From assembly GCA_020057405.1 (NCBI GenBank), contig JAGVFW010000011.1, positions 1-64,000 on the forward strand: a stretch of 64,000 nt of DNA, given 5' to 3'. The notes under the pieces are model-generated. The model saw only the letters and a list, made by a program, of their open reading frames with translations. It searched no databases and was not told the DNA's origin. Positions 1 through 9,719 of the stretch are shown piece after piece. The position numbers and the translations under genes were made by a program. Position 1 is the first letter of the stretch. The number at the start of each line of letters is the position of its first letter. This DNA is from an archaeon (lineage in GTDB: Archaea; Micrarchaeota; Micrarchaeia; Norongarragalinales; UBA97).

Positions 1-22
1 AACCGATCGTTATGAAGCTGAC

Positions 23-874
23 TTGAAGGACTGGTTTACAATCGCTAATGGCACGCCAGCTTACCGGCTAGAGATTGACGCCGAGAAAGGCAAAGTTCAT
101 GTTTTCAAGAAACTAAACTACGAGGACGACAAGCTCGTCGCTTCGCTCGGGCTGGCGTACAAAAAACCACTCTGGGGCAAGAAGCCACCGGCGTGGAAGG
201 TCCAACCGCCAGAAAAGCTGCCCGCCGGTTCAGGCATCAGGGACGTGATAAGCAAGCTGACCAAGCTGGAGCTTCCCGCAGCCGAGCCTAATGAAAAGGA
301 AAAGCTGGATGAAATTTACAAGAAAACAAGCCTGCCGGCTGATTATACTTACAAATTGGCCACCGCACTTGCAGAAGCTGCAGCACACTACGACCCCGAA
401 CTAAGGCTCCTGCACGTTTTTAGGCACTTGAAAGGCCTGGGAACTGAAACCCAACTTTTGCTCACGCGCCGTTCGATAGCAACAGCCCACAACCCACATA
501 GGCCTATGAACACGCCAAGCGCGCCCGACTCGCGAGAAATAATCAACGGAGGCACGTACTCGCAAGTAGGAGGCGACTACATCCTTTCCTTCAGGGACGC
601 GCAAGGAGAGCTTCACCGGACTACTTCAGGCGTCCACTACCACGATTCAGCGGGTTCTGCAAGCTACAGCAACGAAGTTTCAATAAACACCCAAGTATTC
701 TGGAACGAGCACTTCCCTGAGCCCCACCCGGACGACGTTCTGCGGCTTAGAGTGACTAATGCAGGCGTCGAAGTGCTTGAGCAAAACGAGCTCGCGTCTC
801 CTGAAATCATCGAAATGGCAAACACTATAATGAAGAAACAGGCGCCACACCTCGTGATTCCGTCGGCGCTATAA
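23..874 (+). CDS. hypothetical protein
   Basis: 283-aa ORF with no recognised motif; start uncertain near the window edge. Confidence 0.6.
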   Translation: MKDWFTIANGTPAYRLEIDAEKGKVHVFKKLNYEDDKLVASLGLAYKKPLWGKKPPAWKVQPPEKLPAGSGIRDVISKLTKLELPAAEPNEKEKLDEIYKKTSLPADYTYKLATALAEAAAHYDPELRLLHVFRHLKGLGTETQLLLTRRSIATAHNPHRPMNTPSAPDSREIINGGTYSQVGGDYILSFRDAQGELHRTTSGVHYHDSAGSASYSNEVSINTQVFWNEHFPEPHPDDVLRLRVTNAGVEVLEQNELASPEIIEMANTIMKKQAPHLVIPSAL

Positions 875-938
875 TTTCCAAAGCAACAGGCTAAAATAAG
901 GAAAAGGGGGCAAACGCCCCCAAAAGTTCACCGGAGTT

Positions 939-1094
939 TTACTTCTCCATGAACATTATGTAGAGGCCACCGAGCAAGGCGATGGCGACATTAAGCCAGC
1001 CACTTACCGTGCCGAGGTTGACGCCAATCATGGGCAGCAACCAGACGATGCCGAGCAGAGTGAACAGCACGCCAGGCGTTTTCATTCCATCCAT
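939..1094 (-). CDS. small two-TM membrane protein (51 aa)
   Basis: Manual translation MDGMKTPGVLFTLLGIVWLLPMIGVNLGTVSGWLNVAIALLGGLYIMFMEK; AGGTGA RBS 6 nt upstream; below the ORF-track size cut-off. Confidence 0.7.
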   Translation of the reverse strand: MDGMKTPGVLFTLLGIVWLLPMIGVNLGTVSGWLNVAIALLGGLYIMFMEK

Positions 1095-1182
1095 TTTACA
1101 TCACCTTTGTCCAAGACTTTACGCCCCAGACAAAAGAATAAGGTTAAACCTGCTTTTTAAACTTGACGATTGACGCGTTTGA

Positions 1183-1647
1183 CTACGGCATTCGTCGATT
1201 ACGCTTGTTTGCTAGTGTTGACGCACTTCGCCTTGTTCCCTTGTTGAAATACGCGGACGCCGCGGCCTTGTGGAGCTCCTGCACTTCAATGCGCATTTCC
1301 GACGGGATTTCGTGCTCCTGCAAGAGGGGCGCCAGCTTCTTGAGCGACTCTTCCATGGTGTCGCGGCCAAGCACCTGGCCTTCCAAAATTGACCCGTTTA
1401 ACCCAAGGGCGGGGTCGACGCCCTTATTGCGGGCTTGACGCTGTTGCTGGCGAGCCATTCCGTGAGTGAAGGCACCCAACTGGTAGAACTCAAGGGCAAT
1501 CTCCCGTAGGTGCTCGGCCAACCGCTCCTTCGCCGCACTTGCCGTCTCCGAAGGCGCAACGCCGTTTTTCTCGAAAAGCAGGCTCAGCTTGGAGCCATAG
1601 ACTCTTTCAAACGCGCGTTCCCAGCCCGAAGGCAACTTTGCAGCCAT
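1183..1647 (-). CDS. hypothetical protein
   Basis: 154-aa helical-looking ORF downstream of ftsZ on the same strand. Confidence 0.55.
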   Translation of the reverse strand: MAAKLPSGWERAFERVYGSKLSLLFEKNGVAPSETASAAKERLAEHLREIALEFYQLGAFTHGMARQQQRQARNKGVDPALGLNGSILEGQVLGRDTMEESLKKLAPLLQEHEIPSEMRIEVQELHKAAASAYFNKGTRRSASTLANKRNRRMP

Positions 1648-1707
1648 ATAGCCAAAGCTAGCTGCTAGATGAATAAAAAAGCGCCGGCAAAGCCGGCTTG
1701 TGGGAAT

Positions 1708-2781
1708 TTAGAGGAAGTCTATCGAGTCGAGGCCCTCTGCTGGCCTGGCGGTCGAGGAGCGCACCTGCCTGCCGAGCACGTAGGGACTCTTGATGCCGGT
1801 GAAGATTGCGATTACCTCAATCTTGCCCTCGTTAGTGGGGTCGATGCGCGCGCCCCAAATGACGGTCGCGTGCGCGTCAACGCGCTCGGTGAGCGCTTCG
1901 CCAATCGAGTTGCACTCGCCTAGGGTCATGTCGGGACCGCCGGTGATGTGCAAGAGCACACCCGTTGCGCCAGTGTAGTCGACGTCGAGGAGAGAGTGGG
2001 AGAGCGTGTTGCGAACGACGTCCTCTGCCCTGTTGGGGCCCTTGGCCTCGCCGACCGCAATCATGCTTACTCCGCCGTTGCTCATCACAGAGCGGACGTC
2101 GGCAAAGTCGAGGTTGACTAGAGAAGGAGTTGTAATCGTCTCGGTAATGCCCCGCACTGCGCGTGCGGTAATCTCGTCGGCAACTGCGAAGGCCTGGTCG
2201 ATTGGCAGGTTTGGCACGAGCTCGACTAGGCGGTTGTTGTCGATGACGATCATGGTGTCGACTTCGCTTTTGAGCATCTCGATTCCCTGGTCGGCCTTCT
2301 CGAGGCGCGCGCGCTCGAGGGCGAACGGGTAGGTGACTATTGCGATGGTGATTGCGCCGAGCTTATGCGCGATGTTGGCGATGACTGGGGCGCTTCCGGT
2401 GCCGGTACCGCCACCCATGCCTGCCGAGAGGAAGAGCAGGTCGGTCTTGTCAAGCATTTTCTCAAGGGCGTCGCGCGAGACGTCTGCAGCCTTCTGGCCT
2501 ATTTCGGGGTAACCGCCGGCTCCCAGGCCGCGGGTGATGCTTGCGCCGATGAGGACTTTCTTTGCCGCGTCGTGAAGCATGAGAAGATGCTGTCGGTCGG
2601 TGTTCACAGCGATTAAGTCTGCACCCTTAACGCCCATGCGCGCGAGGCGGTTGATTGAGTTGCAGCCTGCACCGCCGGTGCCGACGACGACAATGCGGGG
2701 CTGGGCGACGTCAAAATCGCCTGAGGAAGCAGCTTGCTTCCTGCTAGGCGTCGAAAGTGCCTCGTTAACGAAACTTTCCAT
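1708..2781 (-). CDS. ftsZ: cell division protein FtsZ
   Basis: GGAGCN, AVNTD, tubulin signature GMGGGTGTG, NLDFADV; GGTGGTGG RBS before the ATG at 2781. Confidence 0.97.
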   Translation of the reverse strand: MESFVNEALSTPSRKQAASSGDFDVAQPRIVVVGTGGAGCNSINRLARMGVKGADLIAVNTDRQHLLMLHDAAKKVLIGASITRGLGAGGYPEIGQKAADVSRDALEKMLDKTDLLFLSAGMGGGTGTGSAPVIANIAHKLGAITIAIVTYPFALERARLEKADQGIEMLKSEVDTMIVIDNNRLVELVPNLPIDQAFAVADEITARAVRGITETITTPSLVNLDFADVRSVMSNGGVSMIAVGEAKGPNRAEDVVRNTLSHSLLDVDYTGATGVLLHITGGPDMTLGECNSIGEALTERVDAHATVIWGARIDPTNEGKIEVIAIFTGIKSPYVLGRQVRSSTARPAEGLDSIDFL

Positions 2782-2842
2782 ATTACCCACCACCCCAAAA
2801 ATGACAAAGAAATGCTGGTTGAATTAACCCTCGCGGGATTTA

Positions 2843-2859
2843 AATAACTAATAGTTATT
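2843..2859. promoter_or_regulatory. perfect inverted repeat AATAACTA-A-TAGTTATT beside a TTTAAA box in the divergent ftsZ/SRP RNA promoter region
   Basis: 8-bp palindromic arms seen directly; function inferred. Confidence 0.4.
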
Positions 2860-2900
2860 GCCGACGGGGGAGCTTATATTCCGCGGCGGCAATATTACTA

Positions 2901-3178
2901 GCGTGCGGTCGGGCTAGTTGGGGAGCCAGGGGTCCTCTATCTTCGCCAAATCCCCTTTAGGGCGGACGAAACCCGGTTGAGGACAGGTGGCGGGGCCGGG
3001 GCCCGCGCTACAGCGTCGATGTTTTGCCCCGCGTTACGTTATAGGATTCGAACCGGGCCAGGCCGGAAGGAGCAACCCTAAGTATTCTAGAGCGTGCTCG
3101 CGGGAGCCAAGACGGAGCCCGGGGCGCGATCAGTCCCGCCTCGTCGTCGGTCCAAGGCAGGGGTGCTCGGCCGCACGC
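2901..3178 (+). ncRNA. ffs: archaeal signal recognition particle (7S) RNA
   Basis: Helix-8 motif CCAGGCCGGAAGGAGCAACC; Alu-like 5' domain GGGCTAG..AGGGGTCC..AAATCCCCT; 5' GCGTGCGGTCGGG pairs with 3' CTCGGCCGCACGC. Confidence 0.93.
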
Positions 3179-3209
3179 TCTTTCTTTCGCTATTCTTTAA
3201 ATACGGGCT

Positions 3210-3983
3210 TTGCGTGCTTTAGCAATTGTGGAAAAGCTCGTCTTCATCCTCCTTTTGGGAGCGGTTGTTTTTTCCCTCTACTTGGGGTACGCCGCATCAC
3301 CGGCGATAACCGAGCCAGTGCCAACGGCAACAATCGCACCCAGGCTCTCGCCAAGGCCAATTGAAGCGCCAACAGACAGCGTAACGCTAAAGCTATTGGG
3401 CGTTGATGACCAGGGGAAGGGCCAGATTGCCGAAATCAACGTCGAGGCTGTGAAGGGCACCGGGAAAGTCTTCATCGCATTCACTTCCTCAAACCCCGTG
3501 CTCCAGGACGAGACGCAGGCGTCGCTAAAGATTGCGGTTGACTTGGGCAAGCGCTTTGCAACCCGCGACATAAACGCGATTGACTTGCGCTATTCGATGA
3601 CTGCACCCTCACAGACTGTGGGCGGGCAAAGCGCTGGGGCGGCAATTGCAGTTGCGACAATGGCGCTCTTGACTAAGACTAAACTACGCGGCGACGTCGC
3701 CATCACTGGCGGCGTTGACGAAGTGGGCCGCATCACGCGCGTGGGCGGCGTGCTGCCAAAAGCGCTTGCAGCAAAGGACGCCGGGTTCAACAAGCTTTTA
3801 GTGCCGCCTGGCGAGTCGCAGGTGTATGTCGGCAAGGAAGAATGCTTTGACGAGAACGTAAGCGGCAGCGTTGTTCACCGCTGCATTACCAAAAACGTGC
3901 CCGTCGATGTGAACACTGAAGCCGGCATTGACGTTGTCGAAGTCAAGGACGTTGTTTCCGCGCTAAAGGAAATGGCGGCGTAG
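3210..3983 (+). CDS. membrane-anchored Lon-like (S16) serine protease, protease domain only
   Basis: N-terminal TM; GGQSAGAAIA (catalytic Ser), ITGGVDEVGRITRVGGVLPKALAA (catalytic Lys); no AAA+ domain. Confidence 0.85.
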   Translation: MRALAIVEKLVFILLLGAVVFSLYLGYAASPAITEPVPTATIAPRLSPRPIEAPTDSVTLKLLGVDDQGKGQIAEINVEAVKGTGKVFIAFTSSNPVLQDETQASLKIAVDLGKRFATRDINAIDLRYSMTAPSQTVGGQSAGAAIAVATMALLTKTKLRGDVAITGGVDEVGRITRVGGVLPKALAAKDAGFNKLLVPPGESQVYVGKEECFDENVSGSVVHRCITKNVPVDVNTEAGIDVVEVKDVVSALKEMAA

Positions 3984-4067
3984 ACCCGCTCCCTCTAAAG
4001 CATTCGCTAACTAATTGAATTAGAGCGCGGGAAAAAGAAAACCCCGCGAAACTAAAGAAAAACTAAC

Positions 4068-7000
4068 TTAGCCGCTTACGCAGGCGCCTTCTACGCAGGA
4101 GCTAGTGCAGTCGTGAATGGCGTTGTTGACTTCGTAAACTACGCCACCTTCGGTGCTGCGCGGAGTGCAGAAGAACTCGACTACAGCGGCGTTGTGCTGG
4201 CAATAGTCGGTCTTCGTCACGGTCGCGCTTCCGCCAATTTCCCTTCCGGTTACAGTTCCCCTGACGCGATAGTCCATGCCACCGTCAGAGTCGGTGCAAG
4301 GCTGGGGCGTCGGAACGGGAGACACGCTTGGCTTGAGGCAATGGCCGTTTGAGCAGCCGTTGTAGCAGTAGTAAGACTCGCTGCTAAAGCGCCCGTCACG
4401 GCAGCTGTACTCGTAGAGAATCAAGCTGGTTGAGCTGCTTGAAGCAGACGAGTCCCTCTCGCAAACGTCCCAATAATCGTTGGTCAGGTCAACCGTGTGG
4501 CCCTTGACGTAGTAATCGCGGCCGCCATCAGAGTCCGAGCACGAAGTTGACTCAATTGCACGCGCAATTACCACTGCGTATGACTGGTCTTCGCCTGCGG
4601 AAACGATTTTCTTCGCGTCAACGAACACGCCGTTGTTCTGGTAGGGCTCGGTGCTTTCCGAGATGCTGAAGAAGTCAATGCGGGTTTGCTCAACATTGAG
4701 CAGTTCAAACGAGGCGTAATACTCCTCCAGGCTTCCTGTCGCAATGGGCGAAATGCTTACTAGCTTGAGAATCTTACCGCCAAGGCGAAGGGTGTCGCCC
4801 AGCTTCATCGTGTACTCGTTGTCCGAGCCGCTGGTAGTAGCAAATCGGGCTACCGCGTTGCTCGAAGGCGCACCCGAAGCGGGCTTGTCGATGAGGTAAG
4901 TGCTGCAGACGCGGACTGCCACGTCACCATCATTGCCCCACTCGTCGCGAGCACCAAGGGCGACCTTGTTGATTTCCTTGCCGCTCGGGTCAAACCAAGT
5001 GAAGAGCACGTTCTTGCCGTTGTCGTTTCGGTAGGCAGGCTCGTACTTCCAGGCGGGGATGGTAATCGATACGGTGTAGCCATTGGGCGCCTTGACAACA
5101 TCGCCGTCTTTCAGCTTCTGGTGAGCAAACTCGTGCAGGACTGACCCTTGGCGCGATTTCTCACCATCCAAGGATTTGCAAGCCTCGACAGAGCCGTCAA
5201 TTGCATTCACGCACACGATTGCATAATCCGCGTAGCCCTTGGATTCTCCACGAGGAGTTTGTACGGGCTTGGTTTCGGGAACTTTTGCTGATATCGAGAT
5301 TCCGGCCGCAGCAACTTCCTTTAAAGAACCCGACTGCATGCTAAACAATCCCAAATCTGTTCCGTCCTTCAGAATCACTGAAAAGGCCACGTTAGGCAAG
5401 TAAAGTTCGCCCTGGGGCGGCCCGATGTCGACTAGCGTTACCTTGGCGCCGTTTGATGCCAAAATTGAGCCTCCGATCTTCATGCGCTCGTTGCAGCTTC
5501 CGTACGGCGTGGGAATGGGCGACGGGCTAGCGTAAGGCGTGGGCTCTACGGCAGACTGCACTAGCGTGCAGCTGTTCGCTACTTTCACCCAGTAAGCGCG
5601 GCCCTCGTCGAGACGGTCGAACTTCTGGTACTCGCCATAGCCGTAATACCACGGGCCGCTAGTCACGCGGCAGTCGTTTGAAAGCGTCGAAAAGGGAGTG
5701 CTACCACGGGGAGCGCCGATAAGATTCCACCCTGGCTGCAGGTTCATCGAATAGTCGCTTGAAGTAAGCTCGCTTTCGCCAGAGAAAGTCATCTTGCAGT
5801 CGTTTGACGCCTTCACCCAGTAGCCGACGCCGGCAGAGAGCGAGTCAACTGAAGTCTTCTGGTAAGCCTTGTCGACGTAAGCCCACGCGATCTTCGAATC
5901 ACAAGTCGATTCAACAAGCTCTGCAGTGCGCGAAGCTGGCGGGCAGTTGTTTGAAGTGGGCAGGCAAGGCGCGAGAGCAAAACTGTAGACAGGCACGCTC
6001 ACCATGTTCCAACCCTTCGTTAGGGCAACGGTTATCGAGGGCTTGTCTTCTGGCGGGTTGGGCGGGTTGCCGTCGGAATCAAGAATTACGAATTTAGCTG
6101 TTGCACCCTCAAACCCAGCAGAGTAGTAGCCGGCAGCAGCCTTCTTCCTGGTGCAAGATCCGACAGCGTTAAAATCTTTGCCGGGTCTGCAATCGTCGAG
6201 GTAAGTCTGGTCCCAAGTGCCTAGTACCGTCGTCTCGCCGGGCGCTATAGTTCTAAACCCATCGCAAACGTTTTGGCTCGGTCTGTCGAGAGTCAAGTAA
6301 GTTCCATCAGAGCCAATAATAGAGTAACCGTGACCACATCCAGACACCCTGACTTCAGTCTTGCCATTGTTGGTAGCGCTAACCTCAACGCCTTCGCCAA
6401 GCGCGTAAGCGCGCTTGTTTGTCGTGAGCACGACACTGGTCGAAGTCGAGGTGGGCTTGCCGACGGTGAACTTGAAGGTCTTTCCCTGGAATGCGACATA
6501 GTAAGTGCCTTCGGTGAGTTTGTGGACATTGCCACGCTCGTCATAGTAAGTCTGGTCCCACAGGTAGGTGACATCCTTTAGGGGCTCAAGAGTCAACTGC
6601 TGGCAGGGCCGGCCCAAGAGCGGGTTGGTCACGTGAAGCTCGATTTGAGTTCCGGGCGCACCGTAAGCAAAGGCGCTGAAAAACACTCCACCGCACGAAG
6701 TGTAAGTAAATGCGCTCTTTCCCTTGTTGCCTGCGGTTACTCCGATAGTCTCGCCAAGGGCGTAGACTTCCTTGTGGGTGTAGATGTAGGGAATTCCGGC
6801 CGAGCCAGTGGGCGTTGGAGTTGGAGTGGAGGCCACAGGAGTTGGAGTAATACTAGGAGTGGGTGACGGAATTGGAGATGGAGTGGGCTGCCAAGAGCCA
6901 AGGTCCTTAAGACCAAAGACGGCAAAATACCACGGATTGTTGACGTTGTCGATTACCTTGATTATTTCAATTAACTGCACGTAGGTGGACTTGCCATCTT

Positions 7001-7628
7001 TTGAGAAGATTTTTTCGCCGGAGACATCAGGGTAAGGGCGCATAGTAAATGTTTCAAGATTGCCAAATCCTGCCTTAACTGAAGCGGAAGGAAGGTTGTT
7101 GCCTTCAAATTCCCTAAATTGAATGCTAAAGCCGTTAGGTAAATTTGATGAAGCTCCACTCTCAAGCTTGACGACCTTGTCAAACAGGTAATAACGCGCT
7201 ACTGCAGTAGAGCGTTCTGGGTAATAGGCATCGTAAGCCATTGAGTCAAGGCCAATTGAAACATCAGTTTCAGGCGAAGAGAAATAAGCTGAGCGAGAGT
7301 TCATCACACCGTTAAATACACGAGAGTCTGTGCCCGGGTCGTAACCCGTGTTGGTTTGGGAGTTACGCCTGACAATAAAGCTCGAAGAATATCTCTGACT
7401 GCTCTTAGTTACCTGAAAAGGCGTAACTACTTCGCTATTTCCATACTGTCCAGTCATGTAATTAACGTCAAAAGTGACTGAGCTATCGCTGATGGAATTT
7501 GTCAACTGAACCGAGTCGCCTGCTTTAATAGTAACTTGCTCCTTCCACCAACTTCCTGCAGGTGGGGTTGCAGCAGCAAAGCTGATTGAAATAAGTGCGA
7601 CGACAAACATTGCAAAGAACTTGTTCAT
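4068..7628 (-). CDS. large secreted/surface protein with repeated Ig-like modules, GWN(L/M) repeats and CxDSDGG Cys-rich modules
   Basis: Signal peptide MNKFFAMFVVALISISFAAA; PT linker; two ~120-aa YALGE..N..WDQTY repeats; LTKGWNMVSVP/LQPGWNLIGAP; two C(S/T)DSDGG modules. Confidence 0.8.
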   Translation of the reverse strand: MNKFFAMFVVALISISFAAATPPAGSWWKEQVTIKAGDSVQLTNSISDSSVTFDVNYMTGQYGNSEVVTPFQVTKSSQRYSSSFIVRRNSQTNTGYDPGTDSRVFNGVMNSRSAYFSSPETDVSIGLDSMAYDAYYPERSTAVARYYLFDKVVKLESGASSNLPNGFSIQFREFEGNNLPSASVKAGFGNLETFTMRPYPDVSGEKIFSKDGKSTYVQLIEIIKVIDNVNNPWYFAVFGLKDLGSWQPTPSPIPSPTPSITPTPVASTPTPTPTGSAGIPYIYTHKEVYALGETIGVTAGNKGKSAFTYTSCGGVFFSAFAYGAPGTQIELHVTNPLLGRPCQQLTLEPLKDVTYLWDQTYYDERGNVHKLTEGTYYVAFQGKTFKFTVGKPTSTSTSVVLTTNKRAYALGEGVEVSATNNGKTEVRVSGCGHGYSIIGSDGTYLTLDRPSQNVCDGFRTIAPGETTVLGTWDQTYLDDCRPGKDFNAVGSCTRKKAAAGYYSAGFEGATAKFVILDSDGNPPNPPEDKPSITVALTKGWNMVSVPVYSFALAPCLPTSNNCPPASRTAELVESTCDSKIAWAYVDKAYQKTSVDSLSAGVGYWVKASNDCKMTFSGESELTSSDYSMNLQPGWNLIGAPRGSTPFSTLSNDCRVTSGPWYYGYGEYQKFDRLDEGRAYWVKVANSCTLVQSAVEPTPYASPSPIPTPYGSCNERMKIGGSILASNGAKVTLVDIGPPQGELYLPNVAFSVILKDGTDLGLFSMQSGSLKEVAAAGISISAKVPETKPVQTPRGESKGYADYAIVCVNAIDGSVEACKSLDGEKSRQGSVLHEFAHQKLKDGDVVKAPNGYTVSITIPAWKYEPAYRNDNGKNVLFTWFDPSGKEINKVALGARDEWGNDGDVAVRVCSTYLIDKPASGAPSSNAVARFATTSGSDNEYTMKLGDTLRLGGKILKLVSISPIATGSLEEYYASFELLNVEQTRIDFFSISESTEPYQNNGVFVDAKKIVSAGEDQSYAVVIARAIESTSCSDSDGGRDYYVKGHTVDLTNDYWDVCERDSSASSSSTSLILYEYSCRDGRFSSESYYCYNGCSNGHCLKPSVSPVPTPQPCTDSDGGMDYRVRGTVTGREIGGSATVTKTDYCQHNAAVVEFFCTPRSTEGGVVYEVNNAIHDCTSSCVEGACVSG

Positions 7629-7819
7629 GGCAAAACCACCCGTAACTATTCACGCAAAGCCAGTATTTAAACGAAAAGAAATCGTTAGCAGCGCCGCTAA
7701 CAGTTTTTGTCCCGACTGACCTGCTTACCAGAGCTTGCGCTTGCGAAGGTAAGTTGTGCCGGGAGGAAAAAAGTCCCGAGCGCCTAAAGGGAAGAGCGAT
7801 ATTGCAAAGGGGGGTGAAC

Positions 7820-9601
7820 TTAAGCCGCTACGACGTTGGCTGCGGTAGTCGCTTCGACTGTTCCAGGAGTGCGGATGGGAGGCGTTTGCGCCGAAACAGG
7901 CGCCCTCATCGAGAGCGTGCAGCTGTTTGCAACCTTCACCCAGTAAGCGCGACCCTCGTCGAGGCGGTCGAACTTCTGGTACTCGCCGTAGCTGTAATAC
8001 CACGCACCGCTAGTCACACGGCAGTCGTTCGCCATGGCCGAAAAGGCAATCGAACCCATTGGCGCGCCGATGAGGTTCCATCCCGGCGTAAGCGAAGTGC
8101 TGTAGTCGCTTGCGGTTATGGTGTTGTCGCCCTCAAAGGTAATCTTGCAGTCCTGCGATGCGTGCGTCCAGTAGCCGACGCCGGCCTGGATTGAGTTCAT
8201 GTCAGTCCTTGCATACTTGCCGTCGTCGTAGCTCCATGCCTTGCTTGGTGTGCACGTGTTCTCGGTGATTACTGGAGCACGGTAGGAAGCAATCTTGGAA
8301 CAGCGTTCGCCGGGGCTGCAGATGGGGCCATTCCACGAGTAGACTGGGACGCTGAACATGTTCCAGCCTTTTGAGAAGGCGATTGTGATGCTGTTCTTGT
8401 CCGTTGGGGGCGCGGGAGGCTGGTTGTTTGCCTCAAGGCCAATTGCGAACTTCGTCTTTGCACCATTAAAGTCGGCAAGGTAAACGCCGGGTGCTTCCTT
8501 GATCGGCTGGCAAGAGGGCGTCCTGCTGGGCTTGCACTCGTAGTAGACCTGGTCCCACGTGCCAACGACCTTCTTATCGCCCGGATTGAGCGAATAGGCT
8601 ATAGCTATGCACGCGAAGTCCTCAGGGTGCAGGAGAAGCATGCGACCCGTCGAGTCGCTGACTGAAACGACGTCGCAGGCGCCGTAGTAGACCGGCTCAT
8701 TTCCGCCGTTGTAGGCAATGAACTCAACGCTCTCGCCAAGGACGTAGTTGCGTTTTGAAGTGTAGAGCTCGAGCTTGCCGTTGGTTTCTGTCGGCTTGCC
8801 GATGGCGAACTTGGCAGTTGCGCCCTGGAAGTCAACAGTGTAGCTGCCTTCCTTGGCATAACCCTTCGCGCAGATGGTTGTGCCTGTGCCGCCTTCAACG
8901 GTAGTGGTAGTGCAAGTGTTGGTGTAGTAGTACTGACTCCACTCGCCAATTACAATCTTCTCACCGGGTTTCAGGACGTAAGCAATGGCCATGCACGGTG
9001 CAAGGGGGTCGTTCGGCAGAAGCCTCGAGTTTTGCGAGTCGTAGAACGAATAGGCGTTGCACGCGCCGTAAGTGACGTCAGTCTTGCCGCCATTGTACGC
9101 GGTTACGGTGACAGTCTCACCAAGCGCATAAGCGCGCTTGTCGGTGTATACAGTTAGGGTGCCGCTTGTAGTCGAGGGCTTGCCAACAGTGAAGGTGGCG
9201 GTTACGCCCTCAAACATCACGGTGTAAGTGCCCTCGGAAAGCGAGTGAACCTGTCCGCTGCGGTCAAAGTAAGTCTGGTCCCACTTGTATGAGATTGATT
9301 GCTGGAGGTAGAGGTTGCCTACTGAGCAGGGCCGGCCCAAAAGCGGGTTGGTTACGAGCAATTCGTTGCCCGAGGCGTCCGCGGCTGAGAAGAATACGCC
9401 TCCACACAAAGTGTAGGAAACGTAGTTAGTGCCCTTGTTGGCTAGAGTAACGAGTATAGTGTCGCCAACTGCGTAATTGGCCTTGTCAGTATAGATGTAG
9501 GCTCCGCTGCTTGTTGGAGCAGACATTGACGACGCAGTCAGGGCCGCGGCAAAGCTGACGGACAAGAGCGCGACGACAAACATTGCAAAAAATTTATTCA
9601 T
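7820..9601 (-). CDS. secreted/surface protein, paralogue of 4068-7628, with three Ig-like repeats and GWN(L/M) repeats
   Basis: True start MNKFFAMFVVALLSVSFAAA at 9601 with GGTGG RBS (the ORF-track extension to 9925 overlaps the next gene). Confidence 0.8.
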   Translation of the reverse strand: MNKFFAMFVVALLSVSFAAALTASSMSAPTSSGAYIYTDKANYAVGDTILVTLANKGTNYVSYTLCGGVFFSAADASGNELLVTNPLLGRPCSVGNLYLQQSISYKWDQTYFDRSGQVHSLSEGTYTVMFEGVTATFTVGKPSTTSGTLTVYTDKRAYALGETVTVTAYNGGKTDVTYGACNAYSFYDSQNSRLLPNDPLAPCMAIAYVLKPGEKIVIGEWSQYYYTNTCTTTTVEGGTGTTICAKGYAKEGSYTVDFQGATAKFAIGKPTETNGKLELYTSKRNYVLGESVEFIAYNGGNEPVYYGACDVVSVSDSTGRMLLLHPEDFACIAIAYSLNPGDKKVVGTWDQVYYECKPSRTPSCQPIKEAPGVYLADFNGAKTKFAIGLEANNQPPAPPTDKNSITIAFSKGWNMFSVPVYSWNGPICSPGERCSKIASYRAPVITENTCTPSKAWSYDDGKYARTDMNSIQAGVGYWTHASQDCKITFEGDNTITASDYSTSLTPGWNLIGAPMGSIAFSAMANDCRVTSGAWYYSYGEYQKFDRLDEGRAYWVKVANSCTLSMRAPVSAQTPPIRTPGTVEATTAANVVAA

Positions 9602-9719
9602 CTGAAAACCACCTGTAGAACTATTCATGCAAAGCCCGGTATTTAACCGGCAAGAAATCATTAGCCCGCGGGCTAAGTGCCCCAAAGGCTCAAAAGCAAC
9701 TGACACGCAATAGCTTGCT

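Noticed and set aside
2987-3364. 125-aa ORF
   Set aside because: It overlaps the SRP RNA and the protease gene.
5563-8030. DGR template/variable repeat pair (5563-5680 vs 7914-8030)
   Set aside because: Differences are mostly synonymous and not adenine-specific, both copies are coding, and there is no reverse transcriptase in the window.
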